Positions 36,029 through 46,219 of a stretch of DNA of 46,557 bases are shown one piece after another. The number at the start of each line of letters is the position of its first letter. Position 1 is the first letter of the stretch. This DNA comes from Bacilli bacterium (GTDB taxonomy: Bacteria > Bacillota_I > Bacilli_A > RF39 > UBA660), in NCBI GenBank assembly GCA_017476885.1, contig JAFUYX010000039.1, forward strand, positions 1 through 46,557, given 5' to 3'. The position numbers were made by a program, and so were the translations under genes. The notes beneath the pieces are model-generated. The model was not told the origin of the DNA, made no database searches, and was given only the letters and a program-made list of their open reading frames with translations.

Positions 36029-38095
36029 ATGAAGCAAAGACTAAATTATAAAAAGAAAGTGATTTATTTTGGGATAATAGGTGTCCTTTTGCTCATAGGA
36101 GTATCCTATGCCATCTGGCAATTAAATTTTACTCAGGATAGTTCTAATACTTTATCTGTTGCTTGTTTTAGTGTGACTTATACTGAACAAGATAACATCT
36201 CTCTTTTAAATACTTATCCGATGCTCGATAGTGAAGGAAAGAATCTAACACCTTATCAAGTTACGATTAAAAATAATTGCAGTGAATACGGTGCTTATCA
36301 AGTGAATCTAGAAGTGTTAAATACTACGACTTTAGATAGTGCATTTGTTAAAATCATGTTTGATGAGCAAGATCCAAAATTATTAAATTCTTATACTGCA
36401 GTAGAAAAAACTTTAAGTGATGCTACTTCTGCCTATAAAATGACTACAGGGTATTTAAAGCCAAATGAAGAGAGAACCTACACTTTAAGACTTTGGCTTG
36501 ATGAAAATGTTACTTTAGAAGACCATGTCGAAGGAAAGAAGTTTGCTTCCAAAATCACGATTGCTAATACCTATAAAGCAAGTGCTCCAACATCTTTAGA
36601 AGAATGTGAAGCACAGTACGGTGAAGGGGCCGCTATTTGTAATATCATAGCTAGTGCTGACCCGACTAATTCCAAATGTTTGCAAGTTAATGAAGATGGT
36701 TCAATTAAAGATCCATATTCAACAACAGAAGAACCAATAATCTGTACTATGGAAGATGATTATGGAACTTCTTATTACCTAAGAGGAAATCATCAAGATA
36801 ATAATGTCAAATTTGCTAACATGTGCTGGAAGTTAGTCAGAGTAACTGGAAGTGGAGGATTAAAACTCATCTATAATGGAGATTTAGATGCCAATGGCAA
36901 GTGTACAACAACATCAGGAGAGCACTCAGGATTTGCAGGATTTGCAGGACAAACTTTGTCCTTATCTGGAAATAAAGTATATGGAAGTTCTTACACCAAA
37001 GAAGGAACTACTTACACCTTAACTGATACTTCTACATTAAACTGGACTAACGATTCAGCAAGTATCATAGGAAAATATACCTGTGGAGATACGAATACTT
37101 CTTGTACTACTTTATATGTTGTTACAGGAGAATATAGTTCAAGTCAAGGCTATGCTTTAAAACTAGACCAAAGTACCAATTATGCCCAGATAGGTACGAG
37201 TGCATTTAATTCAAGTTATAACTCACCAGCCTATGTAGGATATATGTATAATGATGTCTATACGTCTAATAGTAAAAGCTTATCATCTAATACAAATAAC
37301 TATTACTATGGGGAGTCATTCACCTACACAGGAGGAACCTATACATTAAATAATACAGTACAATTTGCTGATGTTTCAGACAGCACAAATCAAACAAACT
37401 TAAATACTCATCATTATACCTGCTTTAATGCAAGTAATAATACCTGTACAGAATTGTATTACATCTATTATTTAAGTGGAACAACTCCATACTATATCAA
37501 ACTCAATGGAAACGAAACAGGACCTGAAGCTTTAAACAAAATGGTAACTAATAATGATATTAATGTAAAAAATAGTCACATTAAAGGAGCCATAGATTGG
37601 TGGTACGAACAAAATATTAAGAATACCGAATATGAAAGTAAATTAGAGGATACGGTGTTCTGTAATGACAGGACCGTAGATGCCCTAGGAGGATGGAGTG
37701 AAACAGGAAGTTTAAGTAGCTATTTATACTTTAATGCATATAATAGTAAATATTATTTAAAATGTCCAAATAAAAGAGATGCGTTTACAGTAAGTGATGG
37801 TAATAAAGGAAATAGTGCCTTAACATATCCAATAGGGCTATTAACAATAGCAGAACATAGTTTAATAGGAAATTATACAGCTAATAAAACAGGAACTTAT
37901 TATTGGTCCTCTGCGCCTTCCTATTTCATCAGCTACAATGCTATTGAGAGGTACGTGGACTCGACGGGTTCTTGGTACAGCAGCAACAATGTGCTCAATT
38001 CTTTCGGCGCCCGGGTGGCTCTTTCCCTTCGCCCAGGCACAACGTTTAAAAGTGGTGGAGAGGGAAGTGCAAGTAATCCATACGAAGTAGAATAA
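36029..38095 (+). CDS. Large secreted or cell-surface protein of unknown function (688 aa)
   Basis: N-terminal anchor/signal KKVIYFGIIGVLLLIGVSYAIWQ (SipW/TasA-like Y-A-x-W). Rich in Cys, Thr, Asn and Tyr. The C-terminus YYWSS...G...FGARVALSLRPG...GGEGSASNPY resembles CLec/DUF1566-type ends. Confidence 0.75.
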   Translation: MKQRLNYKKKVIYFGIIGVLLLIGVSYAIWQLNFTQDSSNTLSVACFSVTYTEQDNISLLNTYPMLDSEGKNLTPYQVTIKNNCSEYGAYQVNLEVLNTTTLDSAFVKIMFDEQDPKLLNSYTAVEKTLSDATSAYKMTTGYLKPNEERTYTLRLWLDENVTLEDHVEGKKFASKITIANTYKASAPTSLEECEAQYGEGAAICNIIASADPTNSKCLQVNEDGSIKDPYSTTEEPIICTMEDDYGTSYYLRGNHQDNNVKFANMCWKLVRVTGSGGLKLIYNGDLDANGKCTTTSGEHSGFAGFAGQTLSLSGNKVYGSSYTKEGTTYTLTDTSTLNWTNDSASIIGKYTCGDTNTSCTTLYVVTGEYSSSQGYALKLDQSTNYAQIGTSAFNSSYNSPAYVGYMYNDVYTSNSKSLSSNTNNYYYGESFTYTGGTYTLNNTVQFADVSDSTNQTNLNTHHYTCFNASNNTCTELYYIYYLSGTTPYYIKLNGNETGPEALNKMVTNNDINVKNSHIKGAIDWWYEQNIKNTEYESKLEDTVFCNDRTVDALGGWSETGSLSSYLYFNAYNSKYYLKCPNKRDAFTVSDGNKGNSALTYPIGLLTIAEHSLIGNYTANKTGTYYWSSAPSYFISYNAIERYVDSTGSWYSSNNVLNSFGARVALSLRPGTTFKSGGEGSASNPYEVE
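37903..38044 (+). other. GC-rich, adenine-depleted patch; candidate DGR variable region
   Basis: 53 of 90 bases (59%) are G or C across 37951-38040, against an AT-rich background. A 36-nt run has no A (37999-38034) and a 20-nt run has no A (37903-37922). Adenines cluster in the AGC TAC AAT GCT ATT GAG AGG TAC and TAC AGC AGC AAC AAT codon blocks. Confidence 0.45.
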
Positions 38096-38098
38096 TAT

Positions 38099-38476
38099 CT
38101 AACCTAAGAGATTCATATCTTCATTTGTTCTAGAAAATATTTCAACCAGAATGGTTGCAAGGCCTGCTAAAACAAAGAAAATATTTGTGATAAAACTGAC
38201 ATCATTTAAGATGTCTTTTTTTAGATTGACGTGTCCATGTTCTTTTTTATAACGAATGTAAGCTCGATATAAAAAATAAAGATAGATAAAAAAAATGATT
38301 ATTCCATTATCAAGATTTAGAAAATGAAATGCTTGATAGTCTTTCTTTTGATGATGAAGAGTATATTCTCTTTCAAACTTATTTGAGAGGATGGCCATAA
38401 TTGATAAGAATATATAAATAATCCAAATACAATCTTCGATTTGTAAATTTTTTAAAGTCTCTTCTAAATCACTCAT
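38099..38476 (-). CDS. Small membrane protein (3 TM), unknown function
   Basis: 125 aa with three hydrophobic helices. Divergent from the next gene. Confidence 0.5.
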   Translation of the reverse strand: MSDLEETLKNLQIEDCIWIIYIFLSIMAILSNKFEREYTLHHQKKDYQAFHFLNLDNGIIIFFIYLYFLYRAYIRYKKEHGHVNLKKDILNDVSFITNIFFVLAGLATILVEIFSRTNEDMNLLG

Positions 38477-38526
38477 AGTTTATTTTATGATGTTGTGATA
38501 TAATACTTTCAAGGAAGTGAAGAGGT

Positions 38527-38826
38527 ATGAAAAACAAATATCAAAGAATGAGCAAAGAAGAGAAAGCCAAAGTGAAATCCAAATATTATGCAACAGAGAA
38601 AGGCAAAGAGATGAAAGCAAGATTAGATCGTTTAATAGTGCTTGGAATCATTGGAATTTGTTTTTCAATATTCTTAGTGGTGAGTGGTATTCTAGCAAAT
38701 AAAATAGAGTGGTATACTTGGGTAGTAGCCATTACATTATTAATTTTTTCAATTGTTTACATCGTTGGTTCTATTACAATTAGAGGAAAGGTTTTAAACC
38801 AATTTGCAATTAAAAACGTAAAATAA
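38527..38826 (+). CDS. Small membrane protein (2 TM) with a basic N-terminus
   Basis: 99 aa. Lys-rich N-terminus followed by two TM helices. Preferred over the overlapping frame 38517-38702. A weak terminator lies at about 38846-38872. Confidence 0.5.
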   Translation: MKNKYQRMSKEEKAKVKSKYYATEKGKEMKARLDRLIVLGIIGICFSIFLVVSGILANKIEWYTWVVAITLLIFSIVYIVGSITIRGKVLNQFAIKNVK

Positions 38827-38930
38827 GTGTAAACTTATACTAAAAATTGTCGAAAATGGCAATTTTTTTGCTTTTAAAAAAAGGAAATCCCCTTTTTCCC
38901 TTGAATATATATAAGTAGGGGAGGAATTAG

Positions 38931-40646
38931 ATGCCAAGAATAGATGGCGATGTCGTAGAAAATATTCGAGCCAGTGCCGATATAGTAGAGATCATTAGCA
39001 AATACATTCCTCTCGAACAAAGAGGAAAGAACTTTTTTGGGGTTTGTCCTTTCCATGCCGATCATTCCCCATCTATGAGTGTCTCAAGAGAAAAACAAAT
39101 GTATAAATGTTTTTCTTGTGGTGCTGCCGGGAATGTTTTTAAATTTGTAAGTGACATCGAAAACATAAGTTACTCTGAGGCTATTGCCAAAGTGGGTGAA
39201 TACATTGGAATTACAGTAGAAGTCTCTTCGAAATACCAATCCAAAAGTAAATACGAAGAAGAATATCAAATCATGAATCTGGCAATGATGTATTATCAAA
39301 ACCTATTAAATTCAGAGTATGGGAAAAAAGCAAAAGAATATTTAAAAAAACGGGGTTTAAATGAAGAGATGATGAAAGATTTCCAGATGGGACTTTCCAT
39401 CAGTGGAAATACTTTACTATCTTTTTTAAAACAAAAGAATTATACAGAAGAACAATTACAAAACCTAGGACTAATTAATGAGTCCTATAACAAATATCAT
39501 GATATATTCATAAATCGAATCATTTTTCCAATCCACAATCCGCAAGGAAAAGTGGTAGGATTTACCGCCAGGGTCTATGAAGGAAAAGAAGAACCAAAGT
39601 ATCTAAACAGCAAAGAAACAGTCATATTTAAAAAAGGAAACATCCTATTTAACTATCATAGAGCAAGAGATGCCATTCGAACTTCAAAAGAAGTAATTTT
39701 AGTAGAAGGAAATATGGATGCCATTAGAATGGCAGCCTCAGGAATCAAAAACACGATTGCTCTGATGGGTACAGCCATGACAAGTGACCAAGTAAATATG
39801 ATTCTAAAACTAAGAGTTCCTGTGGTATTGATGTTTGACAACGATAATGCAGGTCTCCTTGCTACAAGAACCAACGGAAGGCTTTTGCAAAACGCCGGAG
39901 CAGAGATTAAAGTCGTTCGTTTAGAAGGGGAAAAAGACCCAGATGAATACATCATAAATCATGGAGTAGAAGCAATGAGAGAAAACATTAAACATGCCAT
40001 CTCCTTTGCCGAATTTGAATATCTCTCTTTAAGACAAGATAAAAACTTGAAGGATAGCAAAGAACTCGCTTCTTACGTCAAAGAAGTATTAAAATCAGTA
40101 GAAAAAGAAGATGACATCACCATCGATGTAACCCTTCATAAACTAGTGGATGAGTTTCACTTATCCTATGAAGTCTTAAAAAAAGAACTGGAAGATAGAA
40201 AAACACCCATAAAAGTAGAACTACCTAAAAATATGGATGAAAAAGCAAAAAAAAGGAAGAGTTCTTATGATATTAGTGCTTGCCATGTATTATACGCAAT
40301 GATGAATGACGTGAAATACATCAAAGAATTCAAAGAAAAATTAGGATTCTTTAAAGAACAGAAATATCGAGATATAACAAGTGAAATCCTAGATTATGCA
40401 AGCCAAAGAACTAGTATCAACCTTGCAGATTTCTTGAGTTATGCTGAAGAGAGTCCTCTAAAAAAAGAAATTTATGAAGTCATTGAGAGTATAAATGAAC
40501 TAGATTTTGAAGAAACTAGTATAGAGGAGTATCTTTATGTCATCAAAAAAGAACTACTAGAAAGTGAAATCAAAAGGTTAAAAGAAGAACAAAGAAATTG
40601 TCTTGATAGTACGCAAAAAAGTGAAATTGGAATGAAAATTGTATAA
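38931..40646 (+). CDS. dnaG: DNA primase
   Basis: CHC2 zinc finger [13 protein letters not shown]...[22 protein letters not shown]...DNDNAG. AGGGGAGG RBS. Confidence 0.95.
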   Translation: MPRIDGDVVENIRASADIVEIISKYIPLEQRGKNFFGVCPFHADHSPSMSVSREKQMYKCFSCGAAGNVFKFVSDIENISYSEAIAKVGEYIGITVEVSSKYQSKSKYEEEYQIMNLAMMYYQNLLNSEYGKKAKEYLKKRGLNEEMMKDFQMGLSISGNTLLSFLKQKNYTEEQLQNLGLINESYNKYHDIFINRIIFPIHNPQGKVVGFTARVYEGKEEPKYLNSKETVIFKKGNILFNYHRARDAIRTSKEVILVEGNMDAIRMAASGIKNTIALMGTAMTSDQVNMILKLRVPVVLMFDNDNAGLLATRTNGRLLQNAGAEIKVVRLEGEKDPDEYIINHGVEAMRENIKHAISFAEFEYLSLRQDKNLKDSKELASYVKEVLKSVEKEDDITIDVTLHKLVDEFHLSYEVLKKELEDRKTPIKVELPKNMDEKAKKRKSSYDISACHVLYAMMNDVKYIKEFKEKLGFFKEQKYRDITSEILDYASQRTSINLADFLSYAEESPLKKEIYEVIESINELDFEETSIEEYLYVIKKELLESEIKRLKEEQRNCLDSTQKSEIGMKIV

Positions 40647-40690
40647 ATAAAGAAAAAAATAGAAGAAATGAAGAAAGAAGTGTGTTGAAA

Positions 40691-41986
40691 ATGACAAAAT
40701 TTGAAATGAAGAAAAATGAACTCATTGAAAAAGGACAAAAAGAAGGATTTATTTTAATATCAGAAGTAGTGGAGATTGCTAAGGAATGTAAGGTAAAAGC
40801 AACAGAAGTCAAAAAATTTCAAAAAGAAATTGAAGAGTTAGGAATCGAATTAGCAGATCGAATTCCTGAAAAAAGAAAAGAACCAGTAAAAGTAACTGAA
40901 ATTAAATCTTTTGAAGATCGAAAAAACGAACTCATAAAATTAGGATTGGAAAAAGGAAGAATTACCTATGAAGAACTAGCTACAGCCCTAAAAGGATTAG
41001 ACGTTGATAACGATTCTCTAGATGAATTATATACAGCCCTAGTAGATAATGGAATAGCTGTTGTTGGAGAAGATGATGAAAGTACTTCTGCTCAGGGAAA
41101 AAATAGTTCAGATGAGCCCATTATTTTAGACGATGCCGAAATTACAAGAGACGTGAACATCAACGATCCAGTTAGAATGTATCTAAAGGAAATTGGTCGT
41201 ATTTCATTGTTAACCCCGGAAGAAGAGATGGATTTATCCATTCGAGTTGCCAATGGAGAAGAAGAAGCCAAAAATCGTTTAGCAGAATCAAACCTTCGTC
41301 TAGTAGTTAGTATTGCCAAACGTTACGTTGGAAGAGGGCTTCTATTCTTAGATTTAATTCAAGAAGGAAATATTGGACTTATGAAAGCCGTTGATAAATT
41401 TGATTATGACAAAGGGTATAAATTCTCTACCTATGCAACATGGTGGATTAGACAAGCCATTACTAGAGCCTTAGCAGACCAAGCAAGAACCATTCGTGTA
41501 CCAGTACACATGGTAGAAACCATCAACAAAATGGCGCGTATCCAACGTCAATTAACTCTAGAGTTAAACCGCGAACCAAGTGAAGAAGAACTAGCTAAAA
41601 AGATGGGAATCTCCGTTGAAAAGGTTCGTGAAGTTATCAAGATTAGTCAAGATCCAGTATCTCTAGAAACCCCAATCGGAGAAGAAGATGATTCTCATTT
41701 AGGAGATTTTGTCAAAGATGTAAACGCAATGACTCCAGAAGAATATGCAACAAACGAAATCTTAAAAGAAGAAATCCGTTCCGTACTAGAAACACTTCAA
41801 GAAAGAGAACAAGAAGTACTAGAACTTCGTTTTGGATTAATTGATGGAACGAGCCATACTCTAGAAGAAGTAGGACGTAAATTCAACGTAACCCGAGAAA
41901 GAATTCGACAAATTGAAGCGAAAGCCCTTAGAAAACTAAGACATCCATCTCGTGCCAAAAAACTAAAGGATTTCATGTCTGACTAA
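40691..41986 (+). CDS. sigA: Primary RNA polymerase sigma factor
   Basis: Region 2 [37 protein letters not shown]. Region 3. Region 4 [30 protein letters not shown]. Follows dnaG. Confidence 0.95.
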   Translation: MTKFEMKKNELIEKGQKEGFILISEVVEIAKECKVKATEVKKFQKEIEELGIELADRIPEKRKEPVKVTEIKSFEDRKNELIKLGLEKGRITYEELATALKGLDVDNDSLDELYTALVDNGIAVVGEDDESTSAQGKNSSDEPIILDDAEITRDVNINDPVRMYLKEIGRISLLTPEEEMDLSIRVANGEEEAKNRLAESNLRLVVSIAKRYVGRGLLFLDLIQEGNIGLMKAVDKFDYDKGYKFSTYATWWIRQAITRALADQARTIRVPVHMVETINKMARIQRQLTLELNREPSEEELAKKMGISVEKVREVIKISQDPVSLETPIGEEDDSHLGDFVKDVNAMTPEEYATNEILKEEIRSVLETLQEREQEVLELRFGLIDGTSHTLEEVGRKFNVTRERIRQIEAKALRKLRHPSRAKKLKDFMSD

Positions 41987-41988
41987 TC

Positions 41989-42648
41989 ATGAAAAGTAAA
42001 AGATTAAAAGCTATTCTAGCCTATTTAAGTCCTGAAGATTGTATTATTGATGTAGGATGTGATCATGCCTACATAGCAATTGAAATAGCAAAATTAGGGT
42101 GTAAAAAAGTCCTTGCCACGGATATTTCTCAAGGTGCAATCCAGATTGCCAAAAGAAATATCGAACAACAAGGGCTATCCAAAATCATAAAAACACAAAA
42201 ATGTGATGGCTTAAAAGGCGTTGATGAAAATGCATACAACACAATTGTAATTGCTGGAATGGGGGCTTCTACTATGATGGACATCTTAATCCCACCCTGT
42301 TTAAAAAGGATTGAGAAAATCATTTTACAATCCAATAACGATTTAGAAGAACTGCGTAGGTTTATGACTCAATTAGACTATCACTTAGCAGACGAAACCG
42401 TGGTGTTAGAAAAAAAACATTACTATACCATTATGAAATATGAAAAAGGAAGAAAAGAACTAGAAGAAATTGAATATCAATTGGGGCTATATAAAAGTGA
42501 AAATAAAGATTATTATGAATATTTAAATCATAAGTTAGAAGAGATTTTAGAAAAACTTCCAACCGAACAAGATGAAAAAAGAGCCTATATTGAAGCCCAG
42601 AAAGAACGGTTGCAGATTTATTTAAACAAAGAAAATCGGACGATTTGA
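41989..42648 (+). CDS. trmK: tRNA (adenine22-N1)-methyltransferase
   Basis: IIDVGCDHAYIAIEIAK SAM motif. VIAGMG. YqfN-like position after sigA. Confidence 0.8.
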   Translation: MKSKRLKAILAYLSPEDCIIDVGCDHAYIAIEIAKLGCKKVLATDISQGAIQIAKRNIEQQGLSKIIKTQKCDGLKGVDENAYNTIVIAGMGASTMMDILIPPCLKRIEKIILQSNNDLEELRRFMTQLDYHLADETVVLEKKHYYTIMKYEKGRKELEEIEYQLGLYKSENKDYYEYLNHKLEEILEKLPTEQDEKRAYIEAQKERLQIYLNKENRTI

Positions 42649-42879
42649 AGAAGAAACAGACGCAGTTTCTTCTTTTTTGTCACTTTTACGAAGTGGAACC
42701 GGCTTATTTTTGGGAGCAAGATACTTTTGAGTACTGCCAAGAATGTTTTTTGCACTTTCAATAGCCGGTTGAACCTTAGAAACCAAAGGAAGGACTTGAT
42801 TGGCAAAATTAAGAGTTTTGCTCACATGTCCAATTAATTTTGATATATTAAAATGTGGATGAGACAAACCAGGGTACAT
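42622..42879 (-). CDS. YqfQ/VrrA-like small protein
   Basis: AGGTGA RBS before MYPGLS. The core LIGHVSKTLNFANQVLPLVSKVQPAIESAKNIL resembles the YqfQ family. Synteny with trmK/sigA. Confidence 0.4.
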   Translation of the reverse strand: MYPGLSHPHFNISKLIGHVSKTLNFANQVLPLVSKVQPAIESAKNILGSTQKYLAPKNKPVPLRKSDKKEETASVSSSNRPIFFV

Positions 42880-42933
42880 ACACATCACCTACTATAGAAT
42901 ATGCAAAAACAAGGAATCTTGAGTACTAGTTTT

Positions 42934-43782
42934 TTATAAGAAAATACTAACAATCGATAGAAAAGCAAAGAAAACAAAGAAACCATGAGCATTCCTAAAG
43001 TCTTTTTTTAGAGAAACACAACTAATAAAAAGCGTAAAAAACACAGGAATTAAAAACGCAAAAGAAAGAATATTTTCCAGATTTTCCATGAAATTAAATA
43101 CTTTGATTTCTTGTAATAAGGAATAAAGAGGATGATACGCCAGGGCATATTCATTAGTTCCTAAAACCAAAATAATAAACATTCCTACGATAAAAACAAG
43201 AGTACTAGAAATAAAATAGGATTTGAAAGAGTAGTGTTTTTCCAACAATAAATAGGGAATACTTAAATAAATTCCAAATACAATTGAAGATAGAAATATA
43301 TCAGCGAAGGACGAAGTAAAAACAGGCAAAATATAATCTACATGAACATGAGAGATGAGACCGATAAAAATGAGAAGATAAAGTACCAACAGAATAGGAA
43401 TGCAAACTTTTGCAAGAGAATTCAACGTACCATAGTGTAGTTTCGAAATTCGAATGAGTAATAATGCCAATGGAAGTAGCAAGAATGCTCTAGGAGTCTG
43501 AATAAGAAAGAAAGTGCCAATAAAATGTAGAATGAGAGATAAAGAATACAAAAACATGAAACTATGAAAGCAAATTTGAAAAAAACGTCCTATCCATGAA
43601 TGCTCAAAAGTTCCAACTTTACTTTTTTTGACTAGGAAAAGAATCAAAAATCCAATCAAAATTCCAAGAATCATAGAAACCCAACTATCTTTAGATGAAA
43701 TCCTAAGAACCGTAGAATAACCCGTACTTAAGAAAAAAGTACTACCTAGATAAAGTGCTAAATAACAATTCTTATCCTTCAT
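42934..43782 (-). CDS. Spore germination protein, GerAB-type permease subunit (short, 282 aa)
   Basis: Polytopic. SKDSWVSMILGILIGFLILF is typical of GerXB. Overlaps the gerAC-like stop. Confidence 0.65.
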   Translation of the reverse strand: MKDKNCYLALYLGSTFFLSTGYSTVLRISSKDSWVSMILGILIGFLILFLVKKSKVGTFEHSWIGRFFQICFHSFMFLYSLSLILHFIGTFFLIQTPRAFLLLPLALLLIRISKLHYGTLNSLAKVCIPILLVLYLLIFIGLISHVHVDYILPVFTSSFADIFLSSIVFGIYLSIPYLLLEKHYSFKSYFISSTLVFIVGMFIILVLGTNEYALAYHPLYSLLQEIKVFNFMENLENILSFAFLIPVFFTLFISCVSLKKDFRNAHGFFVFFAFLSIVSIFL

Positions 43783-44705
43783 GAAGAACCCCTTTCTAAA
43801 TCAAGAGAAACATGGACACTTTTTTCTTGAAAAGGACCCATATCTATTCTAGTCAAATCATAGATTTTTTTACGAATTCCTAAGACATCACAATTCTTTT
43901 TCTGTAGTTTCTCCAAAAAGTGTTGATAGTCCTTGGATAAATCATCAGAATCTTTATCATCCTTCAGATCCAAAGTGATATCAATGGTAGAATCATGATA
44001 GGAAAGGACAGGTTTTTGATTTAATACGGACTCCAAAAAAGAATTGCTTAGACTTTGAAAAGATTGATATAAATTCGATTCTTGTTCACTAAAATAAAAA
44101 GAAAGTTGATCAGAAGAAAAGGCTGCTAAGCCAGTAAGTGAGCATGTTCCTTGCTTTTTTTGGGCCACGTTAATTACTGCATCAATCCCTGTATCTAAAA
44201 TCGTATTAAAAAAACTTGTGAAAGTTTGTTTAGTAGCAAGGGAGGAAGATTGTTCATTAAAATCTAGTTGCTCTTGAATGGAGGTAGAACAATAAGTGGA
44301 GTTTTGCTCAAAGAACTCATCAAAAGAACCTTGAATCAAAGTCGGATAAAAAGTATTGTGAATCCGATGATTTTGGAAAAGATAAACAATGGTCTCTTTC
44401 ATTTTCCAAGTAGCCAATTCTTCACCAAAGAATACCACCCTAACATGGGAAAGGGTAGGTTCCTTCCTCAAGGATTGATTTAACCTTTGAAAAGCACTTT
44501 CTAAAGTATCTCCAGTCTCAGAAGAAATCACGGGCTTGTCACTCTCTTTTTCTTTAGAATCTACCATTTCATAAAGAACTTGATATCCTTCCTCTATTTT
44601 ATTAATTCCAATTCCTAAAACAACATAATTATTATTAAGTTCCTTATAATCATAACAGCCCGTAAAAAAGAAACAACAAAATAAAATAATGATTCCTTTT
44701 TTCAT
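43779..44705 (-). CDS. Spore germination lipoprotein, Ger(x)C family
   Basis: Lipobox FFTG-C followed by YDYKELNNNYVVLGIGINK, the GerAC N-terminal pattern. Confidence 0.75.
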   Translation of the reverse strand: MKKGIIILFCCFFFTGCYDYKELNNNYVVLGIGINKIEEGYQVLYEMVDSKEKESDKPVISSETGDTLESAFQRLNQSLRKEPTLSHVRVVFFGEELATWKMKETIVYLFQNHRIHNTFYPTLIQGSFDEFFEQNSTYCSTSIQEQLDFNEQSSSLATKQTFTSFFNTILDTGIDAVINVAQKKQGTCSLTGLAAFSSDQLSFYFSEQESNLYQSFQSLSNSFLESVLNQKPVLSYHDSTIDITLDLKDDKDSDDLSKDYQHFLEKLQKKNCDVLGIRKKIYDLTRIDMGPFQEKSVHVSLDLERGSS

Positions 44706-46138
44706 GGTTTCCTCCTTTGTTTAATAAGATTTTTCTTAGCTAGAAGGGGATTTCTAAAGCGATTATGAGTAATATCCTGAGGTTGTAAAAACTGTTGAAT
44801 CATTTCTTTGAACCCTCCTGGTACAATAGGATAAAAATAAGGATATCCCATCGATTGAAGTTCAAACATATGAATACAAAAATAAATGAATGTCAGCCAT
44901 ATTCCATATAAACCAAAAAGAGAAGCAGAAAGTAAAAATAGAATACGGAAAAATCTTGCTGCAGAAATGAGTTCTTGCTCTGTAAAAACCAGACTTGTAA
45001 TAAAAGTTAAAGCAACCACAATAATCATAATGGGACTGACAAATCCAGCTGAAACTGCCGCATCTCCTAATACTAGAGCTCCTAAAATAGAAATAGCACT
45101 TCCATACGGGCTTGGAGAACGGATATCACTTTCTCTTAAAATTTCATAAACAAAGAGTAAGAGAAAAGCTTCCACAACAGAGGGAAAAGGAATATCACTT
45201 CTTTGGATGCTAAAATTTAAGAGTAAACTAGTAGGAATGGTTTCTTCATTGTAATTAATCAGAGCAATATAAAGGGCAGGAATCATCATGGTAAAGAAAA
45301 AGCAAAATAAACGGATAACTTTCAAAAAGTTAACATTAAATCCCTTATCGTATTGATCCGTAATAGGATTGATAAAATCTCCAAAAAACGAAGGTAGAGC
45401 AAGCACAAAAGGAGAAGTATCTACTAGAATCGCGACTTTCCCATTTAAAATAGAAGAGGCAATTTGGTCAGGTCTTTCACTTTTTAAGATGGTTGGAAAG
45501 GGAGTTTTTTGAGGACGGGATAAATACTCTGAGATTTGACCTGAATCTAAAATAGAATCTACATCAATTTGATTTAATTTTAAATAAATTTTCTCTACCA
45601 AAGAAGAATCACAAACATCATCCAAATAGATTAATTGGACTAGAGTTTTAGTTTTTCTTCCAATAAAAAGACTCTTACTTTTTAAAGAAGAGGTTTTAAT
45701 CCTTCTTTTGATCAAGCCTAAATTGATTTGGATGGACTCCGTAAATGCATCTTTTGGTCCGACAATACTTTGTTCTGTACTAGGCTCAGACACGCTTCTA
45801 TGAATGTCTGCTCTCGTTTCAAGAGCAAGAATTTCTTGACCCTTAATAACAATAGTAAACCCATTGGTCAAATAAAATTCCACTTCCTCCACTTTAGAAA
45901 GAAAAATACAGTGAGGAGCTGGGATAGAACCATTCAAATCTCTAAAATTATGAACTCCTAAATCCCGTAATAAAGAAATATTTTGTAAGATAAAGTCATG
46001 AACAAGATTGCTTGAAGAAACACTTTCCAAATAAAAAACAGTAAGATTCATCGTTTTAGAAAGAGGAATCTCTTTCACAATAAAATCTTCACAAGAAGCA
46101 AATTTTTTCTGGATGTGTTTAACAAGTTGATTATCCAT
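44702..46138 (-). CDS. Spore germination protein, GerAA-type subunit
   Basis: SVSEPSTEQSIVGPKDAFTESIQINLGLIKRRIK and a C-terminal TM bundle typical of GerA-family A subunits. Confidence 0.85.
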   Translation of the reverse strand: MDNQLVKHIQKKFASCEDFIVKEIPLSKTMNLTVFYLESVSSSNLVHDFILQNISLLRDLGVHNFRDLNGSIPAPHCIFLSKVEEVEFYLTNGFTIVIKGQEILALETRADIHRSVSEPSTEQSIVGPKDAFTESIQINLGLIKRRIKTSSLKSKSLFIGRKTKTLVQLIYLDDVCDSSLVEKIYLKLNQIDVDSILDSGQISEYLSRPQKTPFPTILKSERPDQIASSILNGKVAILVDTSPFVLALPSFFGDFINPITDQYDKGFNVNFLKVIRLFCFFFTMMIPALYIALINYNEETIPTSLLLNFSIQRSDIPFPSVVEAFLLLFVYEILRESDIRSPSPYGSAISILGALVLGDAAVSAGFVSPIMIIVVALTFITSLVFTEQELISAARFFRILFLLSASLFGLYGIWLTFIYFCIHMFELQSMGYPYFYPIVPGGFKEMIQQFLQPQDITHNRFRNPLLAKKNLIKQRRKP

Positions 46139-46154
46139 GATTCATCACCCTTAT

Positions 46155-46184
46155 TAGTATGGAAAGAAACCTCTTTTTTAATTC
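46155..46184 (-). promoter_or_regulatory. Candidate forespore (sigma-G-like) promoter of the ger operon
   Basis: The minus strand reads GAATT-18 nt-CATACTA, approximating the sigma-G consensus GnATR-17/18-CATnnTA. AAGGGTGATGA RBS downstream. Confidence 0.35.
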
Positions 46185-46219
46185 TTTATTCTGATATATA
46201 ATAGGAACAGGTGAACAAT

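Noticed and set aside
38517-38702. 61-aa GTG-initiated ORF overlapping the 99-aa membrane protein in another frame.
   Set aside because: The alternative frame (38527-38826) is longer, starts with ATG and encodes two clean TM helices.
36029-38870. Search for a DGR template repeat, avd or reverse transcriptase adjacent to the candidate VR.
   Set aside because: No second copy of the GC-rich patch (on either strand) and no RT-like ORF is visible in the window. A complete DGR cassette therefore cannot be claimed here, only a VR-like signature.
1550-45961. Numerous 60-110-aa ORFs antisense to, or out of frame within, large genes. Examples: 1550-1750, 4389-4574, 5384-5608, 6189-6407, 7770-7982, 9087-9605, 14078-14395, 14616-15247, 15641-15844, 18236-18651, 20149-20349, 25966-26235, 27829-28032, 32271-32474, 34867-35381, 39084-39955, 40535-40812, 41092-41319, 42129-42335, 42618-42806, 44268-44483, 44886-45149 and 45728-45961.
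   Set aside because: Each is embedded in a gene with strong family motifs on the other strand or in another frame. They lack RBSs and show shadow-ORF composition.
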